The notes: generated by a model not told the origin, from the letters alone. Shown: positions 27,260 through 36,329, numbered from the stretch's first letter. The stretch is 64,000 nt of DNA from Bacillota bacterium (GCA_013540605.1 JABVCK010000002.1:32339-96338); one strand, 5' to 3'. Made by a program: numbers and translations.

Positions 27260-28978
27260 ATGACCGAAACCTTCGTGTATGAATCTTACTATATTGCTTT
27301 TTATCATATTCTTTCCCTGTTTTTGCTGGTCTTTATCAACGCGGTGATTTATCTTAAGGCGGTGAAAAGCTCATTATTGTCCTCGTTTTTTGTGTTGCAG
27401 GGCATACTTGCGCTCTGGATTGTCTCAAAGATTCTGAAAACATTTGCGCCAAATGCGGAGATAAAGTTTTTCTTTGTTGTTTGCCAGTATGCCGGCGTTT
27501 GCTTTCTGGGTCCGGCTTTTATTGTGTTTGCCCATATTTTTGCTAACGGCGTTAAACCTGCCAAAAAGCTTATGCTGCCGTTGTTTATAGTATCAGCTCT
27601 ATGCTTTTTGACAGTTGCGACAAATCCACTGCATTATTTATTTTATACACATTTTGATTTTTGGGGAGACAGCTTCGGGCCGCTTTTTTATTTCCAGCAA
27701 GGATTTAATTATTTGTTGTTTCTCATCGGAGGTATAATATGCGGAAAAAGGTTTTTTGGCCGGTTCAGCGAAAAACGCATTCAGACGATCCTGCTTGCCA
27801 TTGCGATAGCTATACCCATGATTGCCAATCTTCTCTATGTGTTCCGCTTTTTTAAGAAAATTTTCGGTTTTTCGCCGCCGTTTGACATAACGCCCATGTC
27901 CGCGTCTGCATCCCTTATCCTATTTGCCTTTGCCACCTTTAAGTTTCAATTCTTTGACAATCTTAAAATTGCCCGCAGGGTTGCTTTGTCCAATGTCCCG
28001 GAAGGTATCCTGCTTGTAATAGGAGACAGGATTGCAGGTTTTAACGAAACCTTTAATAAAATGGCGGCTGACGGCAAACTTGTTCCCGCAGGCAAAGAAA
28101 GCATCGTCAGGACTTTTGGCAATGCCGCCCGTTTGCATAATCGTCAAAAGCTGTCTGTTGCCTTTGATACGGGCAAGCCTCAGGATTTCATTTATCAAAC
28201 CGGAGTTCGCAGCTACATAAGTGTTATTTGCCGGCCGGTAAGAGATAAATCGTTCAGCGGAGCATTTATACGCTTTATTGATGTTACGGCAAAGCAAGGC
28301 ATTCTGGAAAAGCTGCAGATGAGAAATGACGAATTGCAGTTTGCCAATCAACAATTGACAATTCAAGCCGAACTGAAAAAAAAGCTTGTTGTGGCCAGAA
28401 CGCGCAATTTTATAGCACAGGAAGCCCACGACATATTGGGACATTCAATCATGCTTGCAATTTCCTTATTGGAAATAGCCCGAATGTGCAATACGGCGTC
28501 TCAGGGAATGGAATACATGCATAGAGCAAAAAAAATTTTATCCGACTGTCTGAAGGAAATCAACTCGGTTGCTTCGGCGGAAAACCAAAGCCCTTTGATA
28601 AGGCAAAGCATCGAAGAACGGTTGGAAAAACTTGCTGATGATTTCCGCTCGGCATTTATTGCCGTGGGGATTCACTGCTCCAATTTGAAGCAGGAGATTG
28701 ACATCTCAATAGAAAGCACCCTGTTCAAGCTGTGCCGCGAAGGCATAACCAATGCATTGCGGCATGGGAAGGCAAGCAGGGTAGACATTATTTTGCGAGA
28801 TAAAAACGAGATGATAGAACTGTTTATCATAGACAACGGCTCGGGATGCGGGAAGGTGCAAAAAGGCATGGGCTTAAGCGGCATGGAGCAGCGGGTTTCC
28901 ATGCTGAAAGGCGCCTTTCGCTGCCATACTTTAGACGGTCAGGGATTTTGCGTACAAGCGTCCATCCCTCTTCATTAA
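27260..28978 (+). CDS. Sensor histidine kinase, multi-TM N-terminal sensor + HisKA_3 + HATPase (NarL-partner type)
   Basis: 7-8 TM helices; H-box AQEAHDILGHSIM; N/G boxes (…GITNALRHGKAS… / …DNGSGCGKVQKGMGLSGMEQR…); start moved to ATG at 27260 after GGCGGAGGAAG. Confidence 0.8.
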   Translation: MTETFVYESYYIAFYHILSLFLLVFINAVIYLKAVKSSLLSSFFVLQGILALWIVSKILKTFAPNAEIKFFFVVCQYAGVCFLGPAFIVFAHIFANGVKPAKKLMLPLFIVSALCFLTVATNPLHYLFYTHFDFWGDSFGPLFYFQQGFNYLLFLIGGIICGKRFFGRFSEKRIQTILLAIAIAIPMIANLLYVFRFFKKIFGFSPPFDITPMSASASLILFAFATFKFQFFDNLKIARRVALSNVPEGILLVIGDRIAGFNETFNKMAADGKLVPAGKESIVRTFGNAARLHNRQKLSVAFDTGKPQDFIYQTGVRSYISVICRPVRDKSFSGAFIRFIDVTAKQGILEKLQMRNDELQFANQQLTIQAELKKKLVVARTRNFIAQEAHDILGHSIMLAISLLEIARMCNTASQGMEYMHRAKKILSDCLKEINSVASAENQSPLIRQSIEERLEKLADDFRSAFIAVGIHCSNLKQEIDISIESTLFKLCREGITNALRHGKASRVDIILRDKNEMIELFIIDNGSGCGKVQKGMGLSGMEQRVSMLKGAFRCHTLDGQGFCVQASIPLH

Positions 28979-28981
28979 GCT

Positions 28982-29665
28982 CTATATAATATTGTTTTGC
29001 AGGGCAAACACGGCAATTTGCGTCCTGTCCTTCAAGCCGGTCGCAGTCAAAATGCGCGTTATCCTGTTTTTTATTGAACCTTCGGAATAATTCAGAGCCT
29101 CGCCGATCTCTTTATTGCTTTTTCCGTCTGCCAAAAGCCTGATAATCTTTCTGTCAATCGCGTCGAGACCATATTCGTCGTGCAACTCCTCCAACGCCTC
29201 AAGCTCATTTGCTTTTTTTGAAGCCAACGGCTTAATCTGCTTGCGAACCAGTCCGGCAATTTCATCCTGCATGACAAACAAACCCTCAAAAACGCATTTT
29301 ATAGCCATTATTAGCATTGGGGGCTTAATATCCTTCAAAACATAACCGTTTGCGCCTTTTTTGTATGCTTCCAGCACATTTCTTTCATCTCCGAATGTAG
29401 TGAGCATAACGACCTTTATATGCGGCATTTCTCTTTTTAGGGTTTCCAGTGCAAAAACGCCGTCCCTGAGAGGCATTTTTATGTCGAGAAGCACAATATC
29501 CGGGTTTCTTTTACGGCAAATACCAAGGATTTCCTCCCCATTGCCTGCAAGGCCTACAATTTCCATTTCACTGTCGGATGAAAGAACCATTGAAAGCATT
29601 TCCCGAAGCAGCACCTGGTCATCGGCGATGGCTATTTTAATCATCTTTCCCATCCTTTCCGCCAT
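28982..29665 (-). CDS. Response regulator, NarL/FixJ family (REC + LuxR HTH)
   Basis: 227 aa; MIKIAIADDQVLLREML…DIVLLDIKMP… receiver; C-terminal LTATGLKDRTQIAVFA HTH. Confidence 0.85.
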   Translation of the reverse strand: MAERMGKMIKIAIADDQVLLREMLSMVLSSDSEMEIVGLAGNGEEILGICRKRNPDIVLLDIKMPLRDGVFALETLKREMPHIKVVMLTTFGDERNVLEAYKKGANGYVLKDIKPPMLIMAIKCVFEGLFVMQDEIAGLVRKQIKPLASKKANELEALEELHDEYGLDAIDRKIIRLLADGKSNKEIGEALNYSEGSIKNRITRILTATGLKDRTQIAVFALQNNII

Positions 29666-30776
29666 CCGGCATCAGTTTTTGCATGGCAAGGCGCACCCCT
29701 GCCATCGCTTCCCGGCAGTTTTCTATCAAAGCCGGCAGTTTTTCCTGCTTATTGCAAAAGGACACCGCTTCAAGATCTGAAAGCAGTTTTTCAATCTTGG
29801 CTCCGACCGCTTCCTTTATTTCTTTTGCGGCTTTTGCTTTCTGTTCTTCTTCCACAAGTTTTTCGGCGGTATCCAAAAAAGTCTTAAGCTGAATGTTCAG
29901 TTTTTCAAGTTCGGCATTTTTATCCGCCAGTTCTTTTTCAAGCAGCGATTTTTCCGTTATGTCGTGAAAATTCAGTACTGTAGCCTGAATGCTTCCCTTT
30001 TTATCCTTTACCTGGGTTGTGCCGCATTGGTAGTGCTTTATGCCATTGGAAAAGGAAAGCGCAATTTCTTCATGCCGCACCATGCCGTTCTTTTCGGCGC
30101 ACTTTTTTGAAACGGTCATTGCCTTCAGGCTTTCAAGGAACTCATTTATCGTCAAACCCTCATGCAGAAATGGCCATGTTTTTTTTGCCTGCACGTTGGC
30201 ATCAATAAGTTTCCCGCTTTTTTCGAATATCAGCACCATGTCGTCAAGCTCCTGCATGAAACTGTCGATTGACACGTGCGAAAGCTCCGCAAACAGGCTG
30301 CATCTTGACCAAATCAGAAACATGCTGAAAACGCAGAAATCCAGCACAGGCAGATAATCAGCCAATACGCCGGACCTGTTTTTCCATAGGTAAAAAACAC
30401 ACATAATGTGTATCAGGAAAACCAGGCCAAACATGCCGCATTGTCTGGGACCGCACCCTCCGCGATACATGCCGAAAAAAACGCATAACAGCGGGACAGC
30501 GGCCAACATGGCAATAAACCGCCGCAAATCCAGGTACATGTCCTGAAATTCAAGCGTAGGAGAAACAAGCGCCAATAACCCCATAACCGGCAGGCATAAC
30601 AACCCGAGCAAAGTAATAATAATTACCCAGAATAAAAAGCTTTTCCCAACTTTTATAAATCCATATGCGCATAAAAAGGCTCCAAACACGATGCAGGCAA
30701 TTGTGATTGCAATCAGAAGCATGGCATATGGGGAATAAGCGGCATAATAGTCTATCATCCTCACTCCTCCAGCCAC
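29637..30776 (-). CDS. Membrane sensor protein with PAS-like domain and degenerate His-less HisKA_3-like coiled coil, no ATPase domain
   Basis: 379 aa; 5-6 TM helices, PAS-like region, then EEEQKAKAAKEIKEAVGAKIEKLL where kinases have ERxRIARELHDxxGQ; overlaps RR gene by 29 nt. Confidence 0.55.
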   Translation of the reverse strand: MAGGVRMIDYYAAYSPYAMLLIAITIACIVFGAFLCAYGFIKVGKSFLFWVIIITLLGLLCLPVMGLLALVSPTLEFQDMYLDLRRFIAMLAAVPLLCVFFGMYRGGCGPRQCGMFGLVFLIHIMCVFYLWKNRSGVLADYLPVLDFCVFSMFLIWSRCSLFAELSHVSIDSFMQELDDMVLIFEKSGKLIDANVQAKKTWPFLHEGLTINEFLESLKAMTVSKKCAEKNGMVRHEEIALSFSNGIKHYQCGTTQVKDKKGSIQATVLNFHDITEKSLLEKELADKNAELEKLNIQLKTFLDTAEKLVEEEQKAKAAKEIKEAVGAKIEKLLSDLEAVSFCNKQEKLPALIENCREAMAGVRLAMQKLMPDGGKDGKDD

Positions 30777-31102
30777 AGTTTAAATTCTTCCAGCCTCATA
30801 CCGCCGTTCAAGCACAATTCCCGTTTCTTCCTTGCTTCGTCAGACCACTCATAAAAAGCTTCTTTGTTATTTTTCTGTACTTTATCCATGCAAAGCGTTT
30901 CTTGTATGCCTTGCTGTACGCCTTCAAAGCCAGATTTCCTTCCTTCTTTTTCTCCCATAGGCGGAGCGCCCCCATTTCCTTGCAGGTACGCCCAGCGCTG
31001 TCAAAAGGTCTATCACAGTATCCCGTATTATCGATTACTTTTAAAACCATTATATATAAGTGTTAACAAGAAAACCAGCATGGAATAGAATGTCATTATG
31101 GA

Positions 31103-31307
31103 CTATAGAATATAATTATTGATATCAAACAGGGGGACAAACAGGGGGACAGGACAAACACAGACAAACAGGGGGACAGGTACTGTGTTTGGACAAACAG
31201 GGGGACAGGTACTGTGTTTGACGGCCCTTGAGTACAGATAGGATACAAGTAGAAAACGAAGGAACGTTATAAAGCATGATGGGATCAATAGGACCGTCCC
31301 CATGCTT
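31103..31307 (+). repeat. Composite repeat R2: CAAACAGGGGGACA minisatellite plus 115-bp block shared with 17372-17483
   Basis: CAAACAGGGGGACAAACAGGGGGACAGGACAAACACAGACAAACAGGGGGACAGGTACTGTGTTTGGACAAACAGGGGGACAGGTACTGTGTTTGACGG…CCGTCCCC. Confidence 0.85.
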
Positions 31308-31334
31308 CCCCCATGCTTCTATGCTTCCTTGCGT

Positions 31335-32345
31335 TTAAAAACTGTCTGGCGGAAAAGCATATCTACATTCGTTAAAGTTAGCAAGTCTGTGTATGCAATT
31401 ATCAATGGCCGTTTGCAGCTTCTTTGTCTGCTTTACACCTTTTTCATACCAGATATTTTTCACAACCAACGTTTTCGCCTTGCGGTCACGTATTACCTCA
31501 ACTCTGCCGATAAAGCGGTCGCCGTACAGCAGCGGTAGGACATAGTAGCCGTATTTACGCTGTGCTTCAGGCGTGTAGATTTCCCATTTGTAGTCAAAAT
31601 CAAACAGTGCCTTGATAAGCCGCCTGTCCCAAAGTATATTATCAAGCGGAGCAATTAGCTCACAACGGGCTTTTAGTTCAGGTTCCTGCAGGACTGTTTC
31701 GAGTAATCCCCGGTCGGTCGAAAGGCAATACAGCTTGTCCTTAATGCCATCAACCGTAATTTCAAGGATTTTTTCTTCTGCAAGCAACTGCCTGAAAATC
31801 TCGTTTCGCTCGGCAGATTTCAATCCCCAGATATTTAGCCACGCATCGGAAGACTTGTTCCACAGTAGTCCCACTCCACCAATTCGGCGCAGCACACGCC
31901 ATTTTTGGTGATCAAGCTCATCGGGATACGGCTCCGGTGTGTTCAACAGTTCAACAGCAATACAGTTCTCTGCAAGGTCGTAATACTTTATTGTCCCTTT
32001 CTTGTGGTGCACCACCAAATCACCACGGAAATACATGGTTTCCAGGGCGGCACGGGAGAGCTTTGTATCACTCCAATACCATTTAACCCTATCATTAAAC
32101 CCAATATCAGCTGACGAAACAGCACCCTTTTTGCGAATGATATTCTTGATTTCCTCGCATACGGCATCGACCTCGCAGTGACTTCTGCCGCCGGTTTTAT
32201 ATGCTTCACGATACCGCCTGAAATAAGGCCAGTCTGAGGTTTCTATAATCGCAAGGTTTTTATCGAAGTAGTCGAGTAGTGTTCTGTCCTCGTATAAAAG
32301 TGAATACAGCCTTATTATATTCTCTACGTTAACAAAAAAACACTG
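31335..32345 (-). pseudogene. YcaQ/AlkZ-family winged-helix DNA glycosylase homolog, N-terminally truncated (no start codon in first ~100 codons after upstream stop)
   Basis: Reading frame open from stop at 32346-32348 to 31335 (…SDWPYFRRYREAYKTGG…YGYYVLPLLYGDRFIGRVEVIRDRK…) but first ATG is MYFRGD at 32036; YcaQ family normally ~400 aa. Confidence 0.5.
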
Positions 32346-32524
32346 TCATTCAATCCTTTTTGTAAAGAACAAAAGGCGTCAGGCTGTAATAATACTTCAA
32401 CAATTGGTTAGCATAATCCACTAGTTGATTATAAAGACAGGAGTGACGGGGGGACGGAGTCGCCATAACTTTGTACATATAAACCTCGTATGGTATAATA
32501 TAATCACTGTAGGAGGCGTTAAGG

Positions 32525-32848
32525 ATGGATAATGATGAATTATTTATTGCAATGAAAGATATGTTTGAAAAGAAGGTTGACGAAGTTAAGCAGCATACAG
32601 AGTTGTTAATTGAAAAGCTGCAAGACGATATCAAAGCAATTGCTGAAGGCCATAGCGTTTTCGATAGAAAAATTGACAATTTGCAGAGTGATTTGATTGA
32701 AACTAAACAAGAGCTCAAGTTAGAAATAAATGGATTGAAAGTAGAAATAAATGGATTTAAAAAAGATATGGCTATAGTTAAGGATTATGTTATAGGCGTC
32801 GATGCAAGGCTAAACGAACATGAAGTAGCCTTAAAAAAAGCAAAATAG
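32525..32848 (+). CDS. Small coiled-coil protein of unknown function
   Basis: 107 aa, heptad-rich (…KQELKLEINGLKVEINGFKKDMAIVKDYV…), occupies position of missing ycaQ N-terminus on opposite strand. Confidence 0.45.
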   Translation: MDNDELFIAMKDMFEKKVDEVKQHTELLIEKLQDDIKAIAEGHSVFDRKIDNLQSDLIETKQELKLEINGLKVEINGFKKDMAIVKDYVIGVDARLNEHEVALKKAK

Positions 32849-32861
32849 GTAATAGGAAGGA

Positions 32862-32945
32862 AAACTAACCAGGCGGTGTTAAGGCTCTATTCTGCCAAAA
32901 CACCGCCTGTTAAAAACCGTTTCCTTGCTATTCTCCGAAGGCTTG
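32862..32945 (+). repeat. Copy H2 of hairpin element, overlapping true metK stop
   Basis: GGCGGTGTTAAGGCTCTATTCTGCCAAAACACCGCCTGTTAAAAACCGTTTCCTTGCTATTCTCCGAAGGC; last 18 nt encode metK …AFGE*. Confidence 0.8.
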
Positions 32946-34118
32946 CTTCCTCAGTGTCTCCACCTTGTCCAGCCTCTCCCACGGAAGGTCAAGGTCGTTC
33001 CTGCCGAAATGCCCGTAAGCTGCGACCTTTTTATAGATTGGCTTCCTCAAATCAAGATCCCTTATTATCGCCGCCGGACGCAGGTCGAAATTAGCGTTGA
33101 TCAGTTTGATTATTTCCTCCTCCGGGATTTTTGACGTACCGAAGGTGTCCACCATTACGGATACGGGTCTTGCCACTCCGATGGCATACGCCACCTGCAC
33201 TTCGCATTTGTCGGCAATACCGGCAGCCACTATGTTCTTCGCAACATACCTGGCTGCATAGGAGGCGGAACGGTCCACCTTGGTCGGGTCTTTACCGGAA
33301 AAGGCACCGCCGCCATGACGGGCGTAGCCCCCGTAGGTATCCACTATTATTTTCCTTCCCGTAAGCCCCGAATCTCCCTGGGGCCCGCCTACCACAAACC
33401 TGCCGGTCGGGTTTATATAATATTTGGTATTCCCGTCGAGCAGCTCCGCAGGAATCACTTCCTTTATAACCTTTTCGATGATGTCTTTCCTTATGGTTTC
33501 CTGGTCCACATCGGGATGATGCTGAGTTGAGACCACCACAGTATCCACCCTCAGAGGCTTATCCCCATCATACTCCACCGTAACCTGGGACTTTCCATCG
33601 GGCCTGAGATATGGAATGATGTCCTTCTTCCTGACTTCCGCGAGCCTTCTCGTAAGACCGTGGGCCAGATAAATCGGCAGCGGCATGAATACGTCGGTAT
33701 CATTGCAGGCAAAACCGAACATCATACCCTGGTCTCCCGCTCCGATAGCCTCCACCTGGCTGTCCATGTCCCCCTGTTTTGCTTCAAGGGCTTTATCAAC
33801 GCCCATTGCTATATCCGGCGATTGCTCGTCAATGGAAGTAATGACGGCACAGGTATCACAGTCAAAACCGTATTTGGCCCTCGTATAGCCTATCTCTTCG
33901 ACTGTTTGTCTTACTATCTTGGGAATATCCACATAACATTTTGTTGTAATCTCGCCCATTACCAGCACAAGCCCTGTGGTCACCGATGTCTCACAGGCAA
34001 CCCTGGCATCCGGGTCCTCTTTAAGAATCGCGTCCAGCACCGCGTCAGAAATCTGGTCGCAGATTTTATCCGGATGACCCTCTGTTACCGATTCCGATGT
34101 AAATAGTTTCCTTGCCAT
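32928..34118 (-). CDS. metK: S-adenosylmethionine synthetase
   Basis: Start at [25 protein letters not shown]; hallmark motifs GGGAFSGKD, …DTYGG…. Confidence 0.95.
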   Translation of the reverse strand: MARKLFTSESVTEGHPDKICDQISDAVLDAILKEDPDARVACETSVTTGLVLVMGEITTKCYVDIPKIVRQTVEEIGYTRAKYGFDCDTCAVITSIDEQSPDIAMGVDKALEAKQGDMDSQVEAIGAGDQGMMFGFACNDTDVFMPLPIYLAHGLTRRLAEVRKKDIIPYLRPDGKSQVTVEYDGDKPLRVDTVVVSTQHHPDVDQETIRKDIIEKVIKEVIPAELLDGNTKYYINPTGRFVVGGPQGDSGLTGRKIIVDTYGGYARHGGGAFSGKDPTKVDRSASYAARYVAKNIVAAGIADKCEVQVAYAIGVARPVSVMVDTFGTSKIPEEEIIKLINANFDLRPAAIIRDLDLRKPIYKKVAAYGHFGRNDLDLPWERLDKVETLRKQAFGE

Positions 34119-34157
34119 TCTATTAAACCCCTCCTTTAAGGTATGGGGACACACCTC

Positions 34158-34253
34158 GTGCTAGTTCGTAGTTGGTAGTTCGTAGCTCGCAGGTGCTAGG
34201 TACTAGGTCCTAGGTGCTGGTCACTGACAACTGGCAACTATAATGTCCCCAAT
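34158..34253. repeat. Heptad-periodic TAG/CTGG tract plus GGGGACA motif inside the metK leader
   Basis: CTAGTTCGTAGTTGGTAGTTCGTAGCTCGCAGGTGCTAGGTACTAGGTCCTAGGTGCTGGTCACTGACAACTGGCAACTATAATGTCCCCAAT, located between the riboswitch terminator and the metK start codon. Confidence 0.75.
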
Positions 34254-34304
34254 CTGTTATTATTACCCGTCTTCTCCATAATAATAAAACGGTTGATTTC
34301 AGGT

Positions 34305-34465
34305 GCGAAACAGCAAAAAACCCCTTTCTGCAGGAAAGGAGGCAGCTTCACCACCTTATCTTACAGAATTATCAATTCTGTGGGAATTGGCACCGCTGCG
34401 CAAACTCGCCGGTTGCCGGGTTTCATAGGGCCCTTCTCCCTCCACCTCTCTTGATAAGGATTGTA
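34305..34465 (-). promoter_or_regulatory. SAM-I (S-box) riboswitch with intrinsic terminator, leader of metK
   Basis: Minus-strand sequence CTTATCAAGAGAGGTGGAGGGA…GGGCCCTATGAAACCCGGCAACC…GGTGCCAATTCC…AGATAAG matches S-box consensus; followed by hairpin CCTTTCCTGCAGAAAGG GG and U-run. Confidence 0.9.
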
Positions 34466-34520
34466 TTAAATTTCCGATTTAAAATGTTATCACAGAGGTA
34501 AATATATGTCAACGCAATTT

Positions 34521-35015
34521 TCAGTTCAAAACGCCATAACTTATCAATAGTATTATTAAACCCGCCACCGCATTGCCAAGAAATATTGCAGGCAACGCAT
34601 GGAGAAGCCTTATATTGAGCAGGGAAGCGGCCAGGCTCCCTGTCCAAACCCCCGTGGAAGGCAAAGGAACCGCTACGAACAGAAACAGGCCGAGGGCGTA
34701 ATACTTCTTTATTTTTCCACTCCTCTTCATCGTCCTGTCCACTATTCTGTCCATCAACTTTTTAAAAGACCCTGTTCTCTTTACAGAATTGAAAAGGGGC
34801 CTGAACGTCAGGAGTATTAAAGGAGAAGGTACCATGCTGCCCAGCAGAGCCAGTATATACGCATGCACGGGGTGCAGTCCTAAAGATATCCCTACAGGAA
34901 TAGCTCCCCGAAGCTCTATAAATGGAAGGGTTGCCACCGACATGACGGTTGCTTCCCTTCCCAAAAATGCGATTATCTGTCCTACGACCTCTTTCATCTG
35001 TGCAGTAACCTCCAA
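34521..35015 (-). CDS. Small multidrug-export-like membrane protein (COG2426 family)
   Basis: 164 aa, 4 TM helices, …IELRGAIPVGISLGLHP… and …YYALGLFLFVAVPLPSTGVWTGSL… typical of this family. Confidence 0.6.
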   Translation of the reverse strand: MEVTAQMKEVVGQIIAFLGREATVMSVATLPFIELRGAIPVGISLGLHPVHAYILALLGSMVPSPLILLTFRPLFNSVKRTGSFKKLMDRIVDRTMKRSGKIKKYYALGLFLFVAVPLPSTGVWTGSLAASLLNIRLLHALPAIFLGNAVAGLIILLISYGVLN

Positions 35016-35115
35016 ACAAACATAACACTATGATTATATCATGTTCGCATATATTTGGAAATTTTGATGCGCTGCAAAAGTAAAATAGGCACCGCACATA
35101 TTGTGCGATGCCTGA

Positions 35116-35200
35116 TGGTGGAGGGAGCTGGATTTGAACCAGCGAAGGCTGAGCCAACAGATTTACAGTCTGCCCCCTTTGGCCACTTGGGTATCCCTCC
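35116..35200 (-). tRNA. tRNA-Tyr (GTA)
   Basis: GGAGGGATACCCAAGTGGCCAAAGGGGCAGACTGTAAATCTG…long variable arm…GGTTCAAATCCAGCTCCCTCCACCA; encoded CCA. Confidence 0.85.
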
Positions 35201-35316
35201 ATAATGGTGCCGGCGATGTTATAAACCGCATAGATAATATAACATTTGCCCCGCACTCCTGTCAACACATATATTCAGAAAATTTACTGCCAGTATGACC
35301 ATATTTTTATACAGGC

Positions 35317-36042
35317 CTATTTAAAGATTCTGCCAAGCTCCGCGGATAGCCCTTCAAAAATGTAAGATTGCACGACTTCGGATTTTCTGTAAGTGGTATA
35401 ACCGCTGATGTTCTTGTCTTCAAAAAGGTAAACGGTAACTTCCCTGTTTATGGGGTTCACAATCCAGTATTCCCTGACATCGCACGACATGTAAAGATCA
35501 AGCTTTTTTATCAGATCCTTGCTCCGCGTACCCTCGGATAATATTTCCACCACAAGCGCCGGGACACCCTTGTAATAGTCGTTTTCATCCAGCTTTTCCT
35601 CGAGGTCGCATATGACCATGATATCAGGCTGAACAACATTTATATCCTCCGGGTCTCTCCTGAGCGTGATATCATAGGGAGCAACCATGGGAGTGCACTT
35701 TTTCCCCTGAAACCAGTTGTAAAAAATACCAAAGAGTTCGGTCAAAGCTACCTGGTGCGCGGTTTTAGGCGAGGCCAGCAGGTATATTTCACCGTCAATG
35801 TATTCGTATCTTTCCTCGGAATTTTTGGTCAGTTCCAGAAATTCCTCATAGGATGCCCTTCTGCCGCCCAAACCGTATTCTTGCGCCTTTTCCATCACCC
35901 TACCCTGGCCTGACGCCGCATCTCTTATGGCTGTCAATCTTGCTATTTCCATACCGTTTCTTGTAATTATAATATCTTCATACGCCGCAAGCACGAGGTA
36001 CTTTCCGAAGTTGTTCTGCAGTTCCGTTGAGTTGACTTTCAT
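35317..36042 (-). CDS. Uma2-family (DUF820) putative endonuclease with N-terminal Phd/YefM-like extension
   Basis: 241 aa; C-terminal Uma2 motifs (…PDIMVICDLE…VPALVVEILSEGTRSKDLIKKLDLY…); N-terminal MKVNSTELQNNFGKYLVLAAYEDIIITRNGMEIARL resembles antitoxin fold. Confidence 0.6.
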   Translation of the reverse strand: MKVNSTELQNNFGKYLVLAAYEDIIITRNGMEIARLTAIRDAASGQGRVMEKAQEYGLGGRRASYEEFLELTKNSEERYEYIDGEIYLLASPKTAHQVALTELFGIFYNWFQGKKCTPMVAPYDITLRRDPEDINVVQPDIMVICDLEEKLDENDYYKGVPALVVEILSEGTRSKDLIKKLDLYMSCDVREYWIVNPINREVTVYLFEDKNISGYTTYRKSEVVQSYIFEGLSAELGRIFK

Positions 36043-36166
36043 AAACAGAACCTCCTTTAGCTATTATAGCTATATTAGCTATAATAATTATATGCCGCGG
36101 AAAAGGCGGTGTCAAGAAGCAGTCGATAAAAAATACGACAGGGGAAGTTCTCTCCTGTCGCATTTA

Positions 36167-36242
36167 TGGAGCTGGTGATGGGAGTCGAACCCGCAACCTG
36201 CTGATTACAAATCAGCTGCTCTGCCAATTGAGCTACACCAGC
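36167..36242 (-). tRNA. tRNA-Thr (TGT)
   Basis: GCTGGTGTAGCTCAATTGGCAGAGCAGCTGATTTGTAATCAGCAGGTTGCGGGTTCGACTCCCATCACCAGCTCCA. Confidence 0.85.
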
Positions 36243-36245
36243 ATA

Positions 36246-36321
36246 TGGTGGGCACAACTGGGCTCGAACCAGTGACCCCCTGCGTGTGGAGCAGGTGCTC
36301 TCCCAGCTGAGCTATGCGCCC
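36246..36321 (-). tRNA. tRNA-Val (CAC), with unusual C at position 33
   Basis: GGGCGCATAGCTCAGCTGGGAGAGCACCTGCTCCACACGCAGGGGGTCACTGGTTCGAGCCCAGTTGTGCCCACCA; cloverleaf folds, anticodon loop TCCACAC. Confidence 0.65.
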
Positions 36322-36329
36322 AATAATAA

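Noticed and set aside
17372-31307. Calling the R1-R2 interval a prophage, ICE or transposon
   Set aside because: No integrase, recombinase, transposase, relaxase or phage structural ORF recognisable inside; reported only as a compositionally distinct island with repeat boundaries.
34423-34647. 74-aa minus-strand ORF
   Set aside because: Overlaps the SAM-I riboswitch aptamer and terminator; no RBS; spurious.
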